Source of the DNA: Nannocystis bainbridge
GTDB lineage: Bacteria; Myxococcota_A; Polyangia; Nannocystales; Nannocystaceae
Length of the DNA stretch: 64,000 nucleotides
Direction: 5' to 3'
Assembly (NCBI RefSeq): GCF_028368995.1
Contig: NZ_JAQNDL010000002.1
Coordinates: 864,001-928,000 of the forward strand
This document shows, in pieces, positions 62,326-64,000 of this stretch. The position numbers and the translations under genes were made by a program. The first letter of the stretch is position 1. The number at the start of each line of letters is the position of its first letter. The notes under the pieces were generated by a model, which was not told the DNA's origin, made no database searches, and saw only the letters and a list, made by a program, of their open reading frames with translations.

Positions 62326-64000
62326 TAGCCGAGTGTGCCGGCCAGCTCGTGCGCCTCGTCGGGCTCGCGCTCGGTCCGCGGCTTCTTGGGCGCGAAGGTC
62401 GGGCCGAGGGCGCGCAGGCTGACGAGGTCGTCGCCGGAGCGGGCGAGCAGGCGCTCGCGGACCAGCTTGTGGTCCGAGATCACGGCGCCGACGAGGGCCT
62501 GGACGACCTCGCGCGGGCGGGCGCCAGGGCCTTCGGAGCTGAGGCGGACGCGGAAGCGCAGCAGGCCGGCGTCGACTTCGACCTCGGCGTGCAGCAGAGC
62601 AGCGCTGATGTCGACCGCGGTCGGCTCGCCGACGGCGCGTCGCAGGCCGCGGCCGGCCTTGGCCTTGCCGGCGCGCTCGACCTGGAGCGGACCGCCGAGG
62701 CGGGCGGGCAGCTCGGCGGCGACCTCGGCGGCCAGCTCGGGGCCGAGGTCGACGGCGTAGTCGGCGGCGACGACGAGCTCGCCGAGGCGGCGCTCGCCCT
62801 GGAGGAGGACGCGGACGTCGAGGATGTCGATGCCGGGCGGGGCGGCGGCGACGAACCGCTCGCGCAGCTGCAGGGCTTCGCGCAGGCGGTCGTCGTCGCT
62901 CCACAGGCCGGCCATGTCGGCGTCGCTGCGCGGCAGCAGGACGTCGAGGTCGACGACCTCCTCGCGGGCGCCGACGCCGAGCGCCAGAGCTGGCCCGAAG
63001 GACATGCGCGGCACCGGGTTGAAGCCGCGCGAGAAGGCGGTCTCGACCCCGGCGCGCCGCAGCATGCGCGGCAGGACGCGGGTGAGGTCGAGGTGGCCCA
63101 TGAACCGCATCGGCCCCGTCTTGGCGAAGAACACCCGCACGCGGGTGAACGGGGCCTCGGCGGCGGCCTTGAAGGCGCTGTCGGCGGCCAGCTTGCTCGG
63201 GTTGAGGCGGCCGCGCAGGCGCTCGATCGGGACCAGGTCGGCGGCGATCGCCCGCTCGTGCTCGCGCTCGACCTCGTCGTCGCGCTCGCGGTCGTGGCGC
63301 TCGACCTTCATGCCGGCGAGACGATCGAGGGCGACCATCCGCTCGCCGCGCATCTCGGACATGTCGCAGGCGATGCCGCAGTCGTAGCAGACGAGTCGGC
63401 GCGCGTCGGCCTCGGCGGCCTCGCGGCTGGTCGGGTGGACCTTGGCGCCGAACGGCTTGCCGCACGGCGGGGAGGCGCGCCCGCGCAGGGCCTTGCGGTA
63501 CTCCTCGGCGAGGAAGCCGGGCTCGAGGCCGATGTCGATGTGGTCCCACGGCAGGCGGGCGTCGACGGCGATGGTGCGGGTGTAACGCTCGGGCTCAACG
63601 CCGACGGCCGCGATCGCGGCGGTCCAGCGGGCCATCGAGAAGCGCTCGCGCCAGCCGTCGAAGCGGGCGCCGGCGGCGTAGGCGTGGCCGAGGACCTCGC
63701 CCATGTCACGGTCGCCGCGGGCGAACAGGCACTCGAGCCAGCTCTCGGTCTGCGAGTGGGTCTTGAGCTCGAGGCGGTAACGCCGGGCCAGGTCGCGCAG
63801 CAGGTTGACCTTTTGGGACAGGTCCGAAAGGCCATCCATGGCCGCCCACTGGAACGGGGTGTGCGGCTTGGGCACGTGCTGCGAGACGCTGACGGTGACG
63901 GTGGGCATGCGCTGCAGCTTGAGCTCGCGCGCGACCTCGCGGACCTTGCGGCCGGTCTCGGCGATGCCGACCACGTCCTCCTCGGTCTCGGTCGGCAGGC
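62325..64000 (-). CDS. Radical SAM protein (TIGR03960-like) fused to DUF2344/TIGR03936-like domain, 5'-truncated
   Basis: VPKPHTPFQW, ARGDR, GARFDGW, LPWDHI; then FMGHLD, SRGFNPVPRMSFGPALALG. Confidence 0.88.
   Translation of the reverse strand, partial: LPTETEEDVVGIAETGRKVREVARELKLQRMPTVTVSVSQHVPKPHTPFQWAAMDGLSDLSQKVNLLRDLARRYRLELKTHSQTESWLECLFARGDRDMGEVLGHAYAAGARFDGWRERFSMARWTAAIAAVGVEPERYTRTIAVDARLPWDHIDIGLEPGFLAEEYRKALRGRASPPCGKPFGAKVHPTSREAAEADARRLVCYDCGIACDMSEMRGERMVALDRLAGMKVERHDRERDDEVEREHERAIAADLVPIERLRGRLNPSKLAADSAFKAAAEAPFTRVRVFFAKTGPMRFMGHLDLTRVLPRMLRRAGVETAFSRGFNPVPRMSFGPALALGVGAREEVVDLDVLLPRSDADMAGLWSDDDRLREALQLRERFVAAAPPGIDILDVRVLLQGERRLGELVVAADYAVDLGPELAAEVAAELPARLGGPLQVERAGKAKAGRGLRRAVGEPTAVDISAALLHAEVEVDAGLLRFRVRLSSEGPGARPREVVQALVGAVISDHKLVRERLLARSGDDLVSLRALGPTFAPKKPRTEREPDEAHELAGTLG

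Overview
Very GC-rich myxobacterial (Nannocystis-like) chromosomal DNA. The host backbone encodes Ser/Thr kinases, a fadJ-fadI-like beta-oxidation pair, dacB, a porin, thioredoxin, peptide deformylase, pyc, an MscS channel and a radical-SAM protein. Main accessory signals: (1) a ~14-kb integrative element (6503-20558) inserted in the first codons of a zinc-ribbon/TPR gene, which it repairs with its own replacement 5' end. It carries a frameshifted tyrosine integrase, two PP2C-like phosphatases, an N6-adenine MTase, a rep-like gene with internal iterons, a ParB-like gene and 4x22-bp repeats. (2) Inside it, an IS621-like IS110 whose donor and target guides can be read from the sequence, and whose bridge-RNA region appears to carry TWO tandem target-binding loops. 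(3) An IS3-family element. (4) A group II intron sitting in the start codon of a kinase gene. (5) A candidate bacterial gasdermin next to a HipA/PI3K-like kinase gene, with no adjacent protease. (6) A window-wide family of degenerate TGTCC-N4-GGACA arrays with strict 14-bp phasing, mostly between convergent genes. All calls come from reading motifs by eye; no searches were run.
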